A stretch of 61,884 nt of DNA, filler included, from Planctomycetota bacterium (GTDB taxonomy: Bacteria; Planctomycetota; Planctomycetia; JALXBF01): assembly GCA_026991575.1 (NCBI GenBank). It is 5 parts of 5 records of this genome, joined end to end, with 100 filler letters (N's around TTAATTAATTAA, not from the genome) between each part and the next. Parts side by side here need not be neighbours in the genome. Positions count along the whole stretch, not along the records: positions 17,619 to 34,871 come from JALXBF010000108.1; positions 34,972 to 40,104 come from JALXBF010000112.1; 3 more parts are not named here. One strand, 5' to 3'. The position numbers and the translations under genes are program-made. Below the pieces are notes generated by a model. The model made no database searches and was not told the origin of the DNA. It saw only the letters and a program-made list of their open reading frames with translations. Below, in pieces: positions 26,594 to 37,737 of this stretch (within the stretch, counting starts at the first letter, position 1; each line of letters begins with the position of its first letter).

Positions 26594-29500
26594 CTAATGA
26601 CGGGTACCCGATTGCGGGCGGTGGCGTGGCTGGATCCGCCGCATGCTGCGGCGTACGCGGTCGCGGTTGCCACGGCGCAACAGCCACAGCGGCAAGCCAG
26701 CGACCGCCACATCGGCCAACCACGCCAGAATGCGGGAGAGGGCAGTTGCGCCTGCGGTGCGGTCCACGGTGCCGGTTTGGAAACCGGGCAGCGTTGACGG
26801 CAACGCTAGCGACAGTTGAGCTTCGCGGTCGTGGCTGTCAGGGGAGGTGTCTGTCTCTACCACGACCACTGGTGTTCCCGCTACGAAACAGGCCGGCTCA
26901 CCGGGTGCAGGACGGCCATCCGGGCGCTGAGTGCCCGGGCTTCCGCCGTCGTCCGACGCTGTGGCCGTCCATTCCTGGATTGCTGAGATCGTACCCATGC
27001 CCTGAGCAATTGCCCTACCCACGCCAGGCACGAATTCCCGCGCCGAGCGCGCAATGAGGTCTACGGCGGCTCCGTGCATATCGCCATGCACGATGGTGAC
27101 AGCAAAGTGCACCGCTCCGCCCAGTGTGCCCACATACCCGGGCACGAGCGCCGCCAGTGACGTGATGCGCTGCACGTCGGCAAGCGCCTGATCCTTTGCC
27201 TTATCCAGCGCCTCCAGCCACGCATCGGGCCGCCGTTGAGCCTCTTCGTCGCGTGCTGCGAGGAGCTGTCGGCGACTTGCGTCGTGATCAAGCTGTTCGG
27301 CTTGCGCCGCAGCCAGCGACCGCGATACGAAGCGATCCAATGCCGCGACTGCCTCCTTCCGGCGCGTGCGGTTTCGATCGAGCTCGGTAGCTACTGCCTT
27401 TCTGGCGGCGTCGGCTTCGTCCAGCAACTGCTGCAGCGCCGCGTCGCGCAGCGTTCGAGCGTGCCGAACGGCATCGGCGGCCGCCCGCCGCCGTGCTGCC
27501 GCCGCATCGTAGGCGGCCGTCCGCCGACGCTTTCCTTCAAGTACAGCCGCCTCGCGGGCTGCCGCCACGCGCCGGGCAACCTCACTGCGCCACCGGCGTA
27601 CCTCGTTGGAAAACGCATCGACCTCTCGCCGGAACGCATCCCGAAGCGCGAATGCTTGTTGCTGCTCTTGAAGCAGGCTACGGCGCAGGGCCAGAAGTGC
27701 CTCGTCGACCAGCTGTGGCCGTGGCGGAGGCGCTTCGGCGGCGAGTTGCTCATCGAACGGTACGACCTGTCCAATCCGCGGCGCGAATAGATCTGCTTCG
27801 ATAGCACCACCAGCTCTCAGTTCGCCGATCGCTTCGGCCGCCACCAGCACGCCACCAAGGTTGCCTCGTGCGCGCAGGCTTTCGATGTAGCCGCAGGGGT
27901 GCGGCCCGGTGTCGCCGGCGGGTAGAGCTGGCTGATTGTCACACGCGCGCGCACGCAGGTTTGCATCGAGCGAACCGTATGAGCGTACCTCCTGAATGTA
28001 ATCCGCTTGAGCCGCGACAGCCATGTCCCCGACGCTCCAGAGCCGCTCGGCCACGCCCGCATCAACGATCCCGATGGTTGCTTCTGCCCAGGCCTCTGCC
28101 CGGACCCGCTCGGCTGCCACCTGAGCCGCCAACTCACCCCCGGCAACAAGCGTGACCTGGCGGGCAGCTTCTACCGCCGCGTGCAGTGCACCGCCTGCGA
28201 GGGCATCCACAACGAGGGCCTGGTCAACCCGTAGCAGGCCGCGCTGTGCATACCGTGCGACGACTTCCCCGGCTCTGCGCACCACCAGCGCGCCGTCAGT
28301 CAGGGCGGTCAGACGCACCGATGAGTCGGAGGAAACGGCCAGCGAGCCGGGTTCGACGAACAGTCCTATCACGCGGCCGCCGGCGGTAACGTCGGCCACG
28401 CCACCCGCTACGGCCGTGACGGCAACTTCCCCGTTCGCTTCGATGGCTACGTTGTCCAGTGCGCCCCACGTTGACAGCCGCACCTGCCTGCCCGCGGTGA
28501 GTGTGCCGGCCACGTCGCCGACGGTTGCAACCGTCATGTTCCCGGCCACGCGAGCTTCGAGCACCGTGTCACCCAGCACTACGATGTCAGCATCGCCGTA
28601 GGCACGCAACTTCCCTGACAAACCGCCGAAGCCGGCCCTGAGCAGGACGCTTTCGTTTGCTTGCCATGCAAGGGTCAGCGACGATAGAGACGTCGCGGAC
28701 AGTGGCCCGTTAGAGCGGCCGTCCAAGGTGAGCGGGCCGCCAGAGAACACCTCAGCTGCCGCGCCCGACTCGACGCTAACGGTGACCGATTCGGCAAGCG
28801 AAAGCAGCCGGAACGCACCATCGGTGTTGACTTGCAAATGGCCCCCTGCAGCAGTCCAGGCCGACACGTCTCTTGCGCGGATCTCAAGCGAGACAGGTTC
28901 CAGGGCGCGGACGTCGACCGTGCCGTCAGCTTCGATCCGACCGGTGATAGTGGAAGCGGTTGCCGCAAGCACATTGCCGCCTGCAGCCAGTTGCAGTGCC
29001 GCTGGCCCGTCGCTGAGCACCGTGGCGTTTCCGTCTGTAGCCAGTGTGCCCCTCAATGCGTTACCAGTGGCCACGTGTATGGGTCCCCCCGAGTGGAGCC
29101 GGCCCACAAAGCTGCCCATCGCTCGGACATCCAGAACCCCGCCTGATGACAGCTCACCGCGAACATCCCCACCGGCCCGTATCGTCAGGGTCGCAGCTGT
29201 CCGGTACGTGCCAAGCACGTCGCTCAGCGAGACCACCTCCATCGCGTGCGGTGAGCGGAACTGCCCGTGCACGGCGCCGGCGGCATAAACGGCAAGGGCA
29301 TCTCCGGCCGCCACATCGCCGAGCACCGATCCGGCTGCAGCAACCAGTGCACTCCCACCCACGGTCAGCTCACCACGAATTGTTCCACCGGCTGTGACCA
29401 GCGCGTCCCCCTCCGCCCGCCACGTGCCGGCTGCGTCAGAGAGCGTCTCCAGGGTCAGCCACCGGGAACTGTCGACGTCGGCAGCCACTGGGCCGTTTGT

Positions 29501-32500
29501 GCGGAGCGTGACCGGTTGTCCAATCAGTTGACCCGAGATGCCATTCGCCGTCACAACCAGTAGCGCCCCGCTACTGGTGGCCACGCCATCAAAGGCACCG
29601 TCGGCGGCGGTTACCGTCAGCGGACCGCCGCTGAAGAGGTTACCGGCGACGCCGTCGGCAGCATGCAGCTGCAGTGTCCCGCCAGAACGGAATTCTCCGA
29701 CCGCGTCACCACCAGAGGCGATCTCCAGCGTTCTGCCTGCCAAGTACGTGCCGGTGACCGAACCGTGGGCAAGGATTCGCAACGAGCCGGTAACCGCAGC
29801 ACGCCCTGCCACGGTGCTCAATGCATCGATCAGTCCGTCGGCGGCTTCTAGGTCAAGGAGGACGGAGCCTGCGGCGATGACTTCCACCGCAGCTGGGCTT
29901 GTTACCTCGAGCTGTAGGTCTCCCCATGAGCGGGCGTTGACCGAACTGCCGGCGGTGGCACTCATTGCCAGTGGGCCGTACGCGGCCGCGGAGATCGAAC
30001 CGTCTGCGCGCACCTTCGCAGCAAGTGCTCCCCCGGACGCTAGCGTCACGTCGCCTCCCGCCTCAACCGCTGCGTCCAGCTTTTCCAGGGCGCGCATCTG
30101 GACATCGCGCTGAACCGACGCGCTAACGTCAGCCCTGCCGGCTGAGGCCAAAGTCACGCTCTTGGCCGCGTCAATGACGGCCGTGACGTCCGCATAGCCG
30201 TTCACGATCACCCGTCCGCCCGCATGCACGCTCAGGTCGATTGTCCCGGCAGCTGCAGCACGCACTGCATTGCGGGCCGTCACGGCCGCGTCCAGCATCT
30301 GACCACTGACGACGGTCACCGTATCGCCCGCCGAGCTGAACGATCCGCTTATGCCGCCGAGCCCGGTGATCGTTATCGAGCCGTCGGCCTGCAAGTGGCC
30401 GTCCACACGGCCGTAGACGTACAGCGATGCCTGAGGGCTAGCTGTCCCTTCGGCACCAGCTTCCTCTGGTCCCACACTGGTGGCAACCAGCGAACCCGTC
30501 CAGGAACCCCCCACCACCGCGTGCACGTCGCCGGTGGTCTGGACCGTTGCCGTGAGGTCCCCGTGCACTTCCGCATCGAGCGGCCCGAGAATGCGCCAGT
30601 CCCCGGTGGCCTCGCCCCAGACCTCCAGCCTCGCTCCGGCCCCGACACGGAGTGTTGCCGACAAGTCTTCGTGGACGACGGCGACCAGTGACGAGTCGGT
30701 CGTGACCGAACCAAGTAAGCTACCGACATCAAGAACGACCGGCCCGGCAGCCGTCACCGTTGCGGTGAGCGGCCCGGATGTGTCCAGCTGGGTTGGGCCG
30801 GCTGTATTCTGGACCTTGCCGGCCAGAAAGCCGTGCACGTAACCGCGGAGTTCGCCTGCGGCCTGAAAGAGCCCGCTCGCCGAATCGAAGATTTCGAACG
30901 AGAGCGTGCCGTAGCTCCTCAAGCTCCCCGTGTGCGAACCAGCTTCATAGATAACCTCCTCACCGGCGGCAACGTCGAGCCGTGCTTGGCCGAGCACGTA
31001 CACCTCGGCGGTCGTTGCCGCGGCGATCGACCCGCTGGCCTGCGCCCATGATGTCGCTCGGACCCGCTGACCGTGTGCCTGCCAGCGGGCATCACCCCAA
31101 CTGTACAGGTAAATGGTTCCATCAGGAGCAGCCAGGTCCACAGATAGCGACTCATGCGCGACGAAGATCGACTCTCCCTTGCCGGACACTTCGCCGGAAG
31201 CAACCAGCTGCTCGTAGGCCACTGCCTGCACGCTGCCGCCGGTGAACAGCTCCATCGCAGCCGACGCAAACCATGTGGCTGTGACGTTGCCAAGAGCTGT
31301 CACGACCATCGTGGCGTCGTACCACGACCACGCTCGGACATCGCCCCGAGCGTTCGCGCTCAAACGAAGCGATGCCCAGGACCCGGCGTCCAGCAGAGCA
31401 CCGACCTGACGAACGTTCAGTTCAAGATTGCCGAAGGCTGTCACGTCCGCAGTCCCGTTCGTTGCCAGCTCCACGACTGCGTCCCCCCATGCATCTACCG
31501 CGACCGGTTGGTCGGAGCTCAGTTCCAGCTGCGCCTGCATATCCCCCCCTGCATACAGCCACTGCAACGCCTCGGCCTGAATCGTGCCCGACAGGTTGCC
31601 CGCGGCGAGCAAATACTGCACCGGCCCCGACGCATTCAGTGTGATGGAGGCGTTGCCAAGGTGACCGCGGGCTGGTCGAACCGGACGCACGGGCTTGACC
31701 AGTTGGACAGAGTTTCGAACCAGAGCGGACTGCGGAAGCGTGCTGTCTGTGGCCTCCTCAACGGTGGTAAACCGGCGATCTGGCGGAAGTTCGTCCCAGA
31801 CCACAATGGAGCCTACAGGCCCGCCGACGGTGAGCCAACCGCTTAGCGACCCTCCACCACTTGTGCCAACTAGCAGCTCGCCGAGCCCACCGCCGACGTC
31901 GGCTCCAACGGTGGCGTCAGCTCCGGCCACGATGGCGTCGATTCTCCCGGAGACCTCAGCCTCAAGCGTCAGCGATCCGCCCTGGGCATGGACTCGGGCA
32001 ACGTTACCGGCTACCCGGATGCTCGCGTCCAGGTCCCCGCCGCTTCGAACGGCAGCGACGTCCCCTGCGGAACGTAGCTCCAGCGTCAGGCTCCCCTGGC
32101 TAACGACCTCGCCCAGGCCACCGCCGACGTCAAGAGTTACCGTGGACCGGTCGAAAGAGCTCCCGCCCACGGCAAGCTTGTTCGCCGTTCCGGAAACGCG
32201 GATCGTGCCTGTGAATGCCGTGTCGATCCGGATCGCGCCGGCTGAACCGTCCACCTGTACCATGGCCGTGCTGGTTTCGGGTTGAGCGGCCGATCCGCGA
32301 AACACCTGTAGCGACTTTAGGTCCCCACCCACGTCGATCAGCGCCCCGTCCAGCGTGCCGGCAGCACGCTGTTGCCGGTCGAAGTCCCAACCGACAGTGA
32401 CAGCATCGATGTCAGCACGACTGCGAAGCGTGCCGCCGAGCCGCCTGCCGACTCTTATCTCACCGATCGCCGCCGCGCTCATCGTGCCGGTTGCCGCGTC

Positions 32501-34075
32501 CCGGACGCGTACGGACGTGATGGTTCCCTGCGCGGCAACCCGGCCGACGATGTCCGCTCCGATTGTCAGCTCTACGATGCTTCCGCCTGCGACGACCTGC
32601 CCGGAAAGGGTTCCTGCGATGCTGAGCGTTCCAATGTTCGTACCAACGTCCAGCTCACCGCTTACGTTGCCACCTACCTTCACTGTGACCACGTCGCGCA
32701 GCGACCGGATCTGCCCCGCGAAGTCACCGTCAATGCGGACCGCTGTGGTCGCGCCGCTGGTAATGGTTCCCAGCAGGCTGCCTGCCACCGAGATTTGCTG
32801 GATCAAACTTGTGGTCTCAACCGTAGCGTTCAAGTCGCCGGCAACGGTCAGGTGAGTGATGGCGTCTGCGGACAACGCGCCAAGCAAGTCACCGCCGGCT
32901 TGGACGGCGTTAACGGTCCCGGCCACGTCCAGCGCCAGGGTGAGTTGGCCCGCGGACGCGATCTGGGTCACCGGCCCTCCGATGCTGCCGCTCAAATCGC
33001 CCGAGCCCTTTTGGGCTGTAATGCTTCCCACCGGGCCGCTAATGGCCAGCGTGACGGTGAGCGGGCCGTTGCTTGCCAGTTCGCCGAGCCCGGTGGCCCG
33101 GACCGCGCCGGCATAGCCACCGGCGCGGCTCCGGATCGTTCCGACCGGGCCTGCCGTGAGGACGTCCAGCTGCGCCGCGGCCCCCAGCAAGATCGAATCG
33201 ATTGCTTCCGCTACTTCAATGGTGCCCGCCGCCGTTCCGTCCACGACCAGCTCACCAAGCATGCCGTCCACGGCCAGGCCTGCGCGGAAATCCCCCGTAG
33301 CGCGAACGGTTTCAAGATCGGCTCCCACGGAGATGGTCGTGGCGATGGATCGCGCGGTAATCGGACCTGATGAACCCCCTACGGTGACTGCGGCGGATAG
33401 GTCCGAGCGCACTATAAGCGCGGCCAGATCCCCCCCAATGTTGATGGCACCGGCCTGGCCGGCGGTCACCGGACCCGCGTCCCCACCAACGGTCAGCGAC
33501 GCAAGCCGCTCGGAGACAGCGATCGTTCCGGCGCCCTGGCGGACGTGCACCGCCCCCGCTTCGGTTGCATACAGGCTAACAAGTCGGCCAACCTGGACGG
33601 CGCCAACCGCGTCACCCGCTGACAGCGCGGCTTGGGCAGCTGAGACGGCTTCGATATCTTTTCCAGCAGTTAGGAACGCACTGCCACTGATGCTGACGGG
33701 TCCGATGGAGCCGGTAGCGGTCAACACCAGTTCGGTGGCGTCTCCCTGCCAGAGAGCATCCCCGCGCGCACCCGATCGGCCCGTAACGCTCAGTCGAAAC
33801 CGGTCACCTTCGGCAGGCCACAGCGTGGCTTCGTCCGAGGCGATCTCGACCCACACCGTGCCCGGGCCGTCGTTGGTCACGCACACGGTTGCTTCGGATT
33901 CGCTGGACCGGGGCACGTCGTTCGGGTGGAACGCATCACCGCATAGCGACCATCCTGGTTCGAGCAGAACGCGCGCCAGCAGAAAGCGACTCTCGAGCTG
34001 CTCCAGTCGAAGGGGACGACGTGGCAACCGCGGTCGCCTGCGATGCGGGCGTGAGAAAGTGCTCGGCTTTTTCAT
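26594..34075 (-). CDS. Giant secreted beta-helical protein (2493 aa) with LEPRxLL-type motif, coiled coil, PT-TG-like segment, Hint N-terminal fragment and C-terminal TM
   Basis: RRPLRLEQLESRFLLA; ~2000 aa of Gly/Ala/Val/Thr-rich repeats; ALVPGYVGTLGGAVHFAVTIVHGD; CFVAGTPVVV at residue 2396; ILAWLADVAVAGLPLWLL-RRGNRDRVRR. Confidence 0.85.
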   Translation of the reverse strand: MKKPSTFSRPHRRRPRLPRRPLRLEQLESRFLLARVLLEPGWSLCGDAFHPNDVPRSSESEATVCVTNDGPGTVWVEIASDEATLWPAEGDRFRLSVTGRSGARGDALWQGDATELVLTATGSIGPVSISGSAFLTAGKDIEAVSAAQAALSAGDAVGAVQVGRLVSLYATEAGAVHVRQGAGTIAVSERLASLTVGGDAGPVTAGQAGAINIGGDLAALIVRSDLSAAVTVGGSSGPITARSIATTISVGADLETVRATGDFRAGLAVDGMLGELVVDGTAAGTIEVAEAIDSILLGAAAQLDVLTAGPVGTIRSRAGGYAGAVRATGLGELASNGPLTVTLAISGPVGSITAQKGSGDLSGSIGGPVTQIASAGQLTLALDVAGTVNAVQAGGDLLGALSADAITHLTVAGDLNATVETTSLIQQISVAGSLLGTITSGATTAVRIDGDFAGQIRSLRDVVTVKVGGNVSGELDVGTNIGTLSIAGTLSGQVVAGGSIVELTIGADIVGRVAAQGTITSVRVRDAATGTMSAAAIGEIRVGRRLGGTLRSRADIDAVTVGWDFDRQQRAAGTLDGALIDVGGDLKSLQVFRGSAAQPETSTAMVQVDGSAGAIRIDTAFTGTIRVSGTANKLAVGGSSFDRSTVTLDVGGGLGEVVSQGSLTLELRSAGDVAAVRSGGDLDASIRVAGNVARVHAQGGSLTLEAEVSGRIDAIVAGADATVGADVGGGLGELLVGTSGGGSLSGWLTVGGPVGSIVVWDELPPDRRFTTVEEATDSTLPQSALVRNSVQLVKPVRPVRPARGHLGNASITLNASGPVQYLLAAGNLSGTIQAEALQWLYAGGDMQAQLELSSDQPVAVDAWGDAVVELATNGTADVTAFGNLELNVRQVGALLDAGSWASLRLSANARGDVRAWSWYDATMVVTALGNVTATWFASAAMELFTGGSVQAVAYEQLVASGEVSGKGESIFVAHESLSVDLAAPDGTIYLYSWGDARWQAHGQRVRATSWAQASGSIAAATTAEVYVLGQARLDVAAGEEVIYEAGSHTGSLRSYGTLSFEIFDSASGLFQAAGELRGYVHGFLAGKVQNTAGPTQLDTSGPLTATVTAAGPVVLDVGSLLGSVTTDSSLVAVVHEDLSATLRVGAGARLEVWGEATGDWRILGPLDAEVHGDLTATVQTTGDVHAVVGGSWTGSLVATSVGPEEAGAEGTASPQASLYVYGRVDGHLQADGSITITGLGGISGSFSSAGDTVTVVSGQMLDAAVTARNAVRAAAAGTIDLSVHAGGRVIVNGYADVTAVIDAAKSVTLASAGRADVSASVQRDVQMRALEKLDAAVEAGGDVTLASGGALAAKVRADGSISAAAYGPLAMSATAGSSVNARSWGDLQLEVTSPAAVEVIAAGSVLLDLEAADGLIDALSTVAGRAAVTGSLRILAHGSVTGTYLAGRTLEIASGGDAVGEFRSGGTLQLHAADGVAGNLFSGGPLTVTAADGAFDGVATSSGALLVVTANGISGQLIGQPVTLRTNGPVAADVDSSRWLTLETLSDAAGTWRAEGDALVTAGGTIRGELTVGGSALVAAAGSVLGDVAAGDALAVYAAGAVHGQFRSPHAMEVVSLSDVLGTYRTAATLTIRAGGDVRGELSSGGVLDVRAMGSFVGRLHSGGPIHVATGNALRGTLATDGNATVLSDGPAALQLAAGGNVLAATASTITGRIEADGTVDVRALEPVSLEIRARDVSAWTAAGGHLQVNTDGAFRLLSLAESVTVSVESGAAAEVFSGGPLTLDGRSNGPLSATSLSSLTLAWQANESVLLRAGFGGLSGKLRAYGDADIVVLGDTVLEARVAGNMTVATVGDVAGTLTAGRQVRLSTWGALDNVAIEANGEVAVTAVAGGVADVTAGGRVIGLFVEPGSLAVSSDSSVRLTALTDGALVVRRAGEVVARYAQRGLLRVDQALVVDALAGGALHAAVEAARQVTLVAGGELAAQVAAERVRAEAWAEATIGIVDAGVAERLWSVGDMAVAAQADYIQEVRSYGSLDANLRARACDNQPALPAGDTGPHPCGYIESLRARGNLGGVLVAAEAIGELRAGGAIEADLFAPRIGQVVPFDEQLAAEAPPPRPQLVDEALLALRRSLLQEQQQAFALRDAFRREVDAFSNEVRRWRSEVARRVAAAREAAVLEGKRRRTAAYDAAAARRRAAADAVRHARTLRDAALQQLLDEADAARKAVATELDRNRTRRKEAVAALDRFVSRSLAAAQAEQLDHDASRRQLLAARDEEAQRRPDAWLEALDKAKDQALADVQRITSLAALVPGYVGTLGGAVHFAVTIVHGDMHGAAVDLIARSAREFVPGVGRAIAQGMGTISAIQEWTATASDDGGSPGTQRPDGRPAPGEPACFVAGTPVVVVETDTSPDSHDREAQLSLALPSTLPGFQTGTVDRTAGATALSRILAWLADVAVAGLPLWLLRRGNRDRVRRSMRRIQPRHRPQSGTRH

Positions 34076-34405
34076 CCCGCGCTTCTCCAGACTGCCTGAA
34101 GCGCGGGAACAGTCGCGGTCGCGTAAGCGTCATTGAAATTCTTACGCCTTGTCCACGCTCCCGGCAAGCCCCCCCGCCTGCAGGGAACGTCTCAGCTCTT
34201 TACCGCACAGCCGGGAAGCCGTGCCGGTTCGTTGGCGTCGCATCAGCGGTGTAACCATCCACGGTCTGCTACAGCTTAGCGCGGAAGAGCTGGAGCCTAT
34301 CGCTGAAGGGATCTTGGACAACAGGCGCCCGCATGCCACAGCTTAGGAAAACAAGGCCACAGGCGCGGAGGCAGCCAATGAGCCGAGAAGACTGGAAATC
34401 TTCGG

Positions 34406-34871
34406 ATGTCGGCTGTGAGCCATTGCGGACAGTTCGCGGCGGACCTGGCAAGGCCAATTGTGAGGGACGAGGCACGTTGGCTGGTAGCGAACTTGATGGT
34501 CGCGTTTGGCGCGGCCGGTGCCCTTCACGTGACGCGTGCGTTGCGTACGCACGCTCCGTTGGGCCATGAGGAGTTCATGCAGTTGGAGAACCGAGCCTCT
34601 CGTCTGCTCCGTCAGCAGGCAAGTGATCGGGTGCCGGAGCCGCACATCGACCTGGTGATTGATCGTTACAAGAAGCGGGTGCTGAAGCACTTACGTGAGC
34701 AGGTGCTGGTGGCGGTGGATGAGACGGATCTGTCGAAGCCGTGGGCGAGGCGTCTGGAGGGGTTGGGTCGGGTGAAGGATCATAGTGATCCGGCAGGGGT
34801 GCTGCGTCCTGGGTACATGGCAGTGCTGGCAACGGCCGTGGAGCATGGTCGTCTGACGCCGCTGGATCTGG
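34406..34871 (+). mobile_element. IS4-superfamily DDE transposase fragment (truncated at contig end)
   Basis: LENRASR...VLVAVDETDLSKPWARRLEGLGRVKDHS...PGY resembles the first-Asp region of IS4-like transposases; lies at a contig break. Confidence 0.65.
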
Positions 34872-34971
34872 NNNNNNNNNNNNNNNNNNNNNNNNNNNNN
34901 NNNNNNNNNNNNNNNTTAATTAATTAANNNNNNNNNNNNNNNNNNNNNNNNNNNNNNNNNNNNNNNNNNNN
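34872..34971. other. Artificial contig linker
   Basis: N-run with TTAATTAATTAA. Confidence 0.99.
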
Positions 34972-35809
<838 letters not shown>

Positions 35810-35813
<4 letters not shown>

Positions 35814-36502
35814 AGGGAACCACCGCCGCTGCCGACGGCAGCATCAATCGAGTAGGCCAACAGCAGCTTCATTTCCAGGCCCTGCAGTCGTCGGGCCAAT
35901 AAGATCGCGTCACTGCCCGCTGGTTCGTCAGACCGCGCCCGATCGCCTAGCTGCTCGCAGACGCGCACGAATGCGAACGCATCCCAACGGCCCTGACGAT
36001 CGATCGGTTCGACCGGCAAGCGGCTGGCCGCGTCGGCCAGCACCCGACGGGCTGCCTCACCGAGAGGTCCAAACAGCGGATGGTCCCCCACGCGCCGGAA
36101 CCAATAACGCGCGTTGTCATAGTCCGGCTCACGCCGGTGCATAATCCCGTGCCAGTAGGCAGCGGTCCGGTTGTCCGCCTCTTGAGCCAACCGGTGGGCG
36201 TCGTCGAGGAAATCGTGGATCAAGTACAGGCCGCTCACCACGGCCATCGCATCGGCCGCACGACGATGGCCTGGCAAAAGCTCGTCCGGACCGAACGCGG
36301 CCAACAACTGCTTCAGCTCTGGACGCACCACTCCAGCCGGCACCAACGCACGTTCGGGCAGCCAGCCTTCAACCGGCGGAAGGGCTTCTGCCTCCGGCGG
36401 CGTCGGCGGGTCGCCTGGCCGCCAGCCCGGCGCACCCAGGGCGAGCCAGTAAAGCAACCGGTGCTGCTGCAGCGTTAGCGTCCAGCGATCAGTTCCGGCC
36501 AA
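35810..36502 (-). CDS. Conserved hypothetical protein
   Basis: AYWHGIMHRREPDYDNARYWFRRVG motif; overlaps the 3' end of thrC. Confidence 0.75.
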
Positions 36503-37737
36503 TCGTCTGCCTCCGGGTCAAGCACCTTTGGTTCGGTAGCCCGGTCCAGATGGTGGTACTTCAGACCGGTGCCCGTGTGGAAAAGGACGACACGCTCATT
36601 GTGCGCAAGCCAGCCATCGGCGATCAACCGTTTGCACCCTGCCCACGTCGCTGCCGACTCGGGGCTGAAGTCCAGCCCTCCGCGCCGAGCCAGCTCGTCC
36701 CGCGCGGCCAGAATTTCCTCATCGCTCACCGCCACCGCCGTACCGCCACTTTCGCGCAGGGTGCGCAACATCAGGAAATCCCCGACGGCCGCCGGCACCC
36801 TTAACCCCGACGCTACGGTGACCGGATCCTGCCACGGCTCCGCCCGCTCTCGACCGCTGTGAAACGCCCGCACGATCGGACAGCAACCGGCCGGCTGCAC
36901 CGCCACCATCCGCGGCAGCTTCTCGCCGCCGAGCCACCCCAGCGCCACCAGCTCGTGAAACGCCTTCCACAGCCCGATGAGCCCGGTGCCGCCGCCGGTG
37001 GGGTAGATGATCGCATCGGGCAATTCATGCCCAGCCGCTAGCTCGCGCCACTGGACGAAGAGCTCATAGCCCATTGTCTTCTTGCCTTCGAGCCGGTACG
37101 GTTCTTTGAGCGTGGAGACGTCGTAGAGCCCGTGGCGCTCGCGCAGCCTGGCAGCCGCTTTGCCAGCATCGACGATGCTGCCCGGCACCTGGGCAACCGT
37201 GGCACCGTAGCGGACGCACTCGGCAACGTTCGCTCGGGGGGTGTCCTCCGGCACAATCACCACGCAGCTCATCCCCAGTCGGGCTGCGTAGGCCGCTGCA
37301 GCACCGGCCGCGTTCCCCGCCGATGGCACCACAACGCGGCGCACGCCGAGCTCGCGTGCCCGGTGCAGCGCCAGCGCCATGCCCCGGGCCTTGAAAGTGC
37401 CCGTGGGATTGACCGACTCATCCTTGACCCACACCTCCGGCCCCCCCTCTGGCTGCAGCTGTCGCGGCAACCGATACAGCGGCGTCACCTGCTCGCCCAA
37501 CCGCACCACCCGCTCGGGTTCGGCCAGCGGCAGCACGGGCCAGAAGTCATAGAGGCTGCGTGGCCAGCCCGGTTGCCCGCTGCGCAGCTCGGCCAACAGC
37601 CTCCTGGCGACCGCCAGGTCGTAGCGCACCAGGATTGGGCTATTGCATGCGGGGCACAGGCCGACGAGCTCGTCGGGCTCGAACTGTCGGTCGCAACGCG
37701 AACAGCTAAGGTGCCAGTTCTTCGCTCTCACGGTCAT
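36475..37737 (-). CDS. thrC: Threonine synthase (PLP, fold-type II) with N-terminal Zn-ribbon
   Basis: KDESVNPTGTFKARG, PSAGNA, EGKKTMGYE, PTGGGTG, TGTGLKY; CSRC/CPAC. Confidence 0.85.
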   Translation of the reverse strand: MTVRAKNWHLSCSRCDRQFEPDELVGLCPACNSPILVRYDLAVARRLLAELRSGQPGWPRSLYDFWPVLPLAEPERVVRLGEQVTPLYRLPRQLQPEGGPEVWVKDESVNPTGTFKARGMALALHRARELGVRRVVVPSAGNAAGAAAAYAARLGMSCVVIVPEDTPRANVAECVRYGATVAQVPGSIVDAGKAAARLRERHGLYDVSTLKEPYRLEGKKTMGYELFVQWRELAAGHELPDAIIYPTGGGTGLIGLWKAFHELVALGWLGGEKLPRMVAVQPAGCCPIVRAFHSGRERAEPWQDPVTVASGLRVPAAVGDFLMLRTLRESGGTAVAVSDEEILAARDELARRGGLDFSPESAATWAGCKRLIADGWLAHNERVVLFHTGTGLKYHHLDRATEPKVLDPEADDWPELIAGR

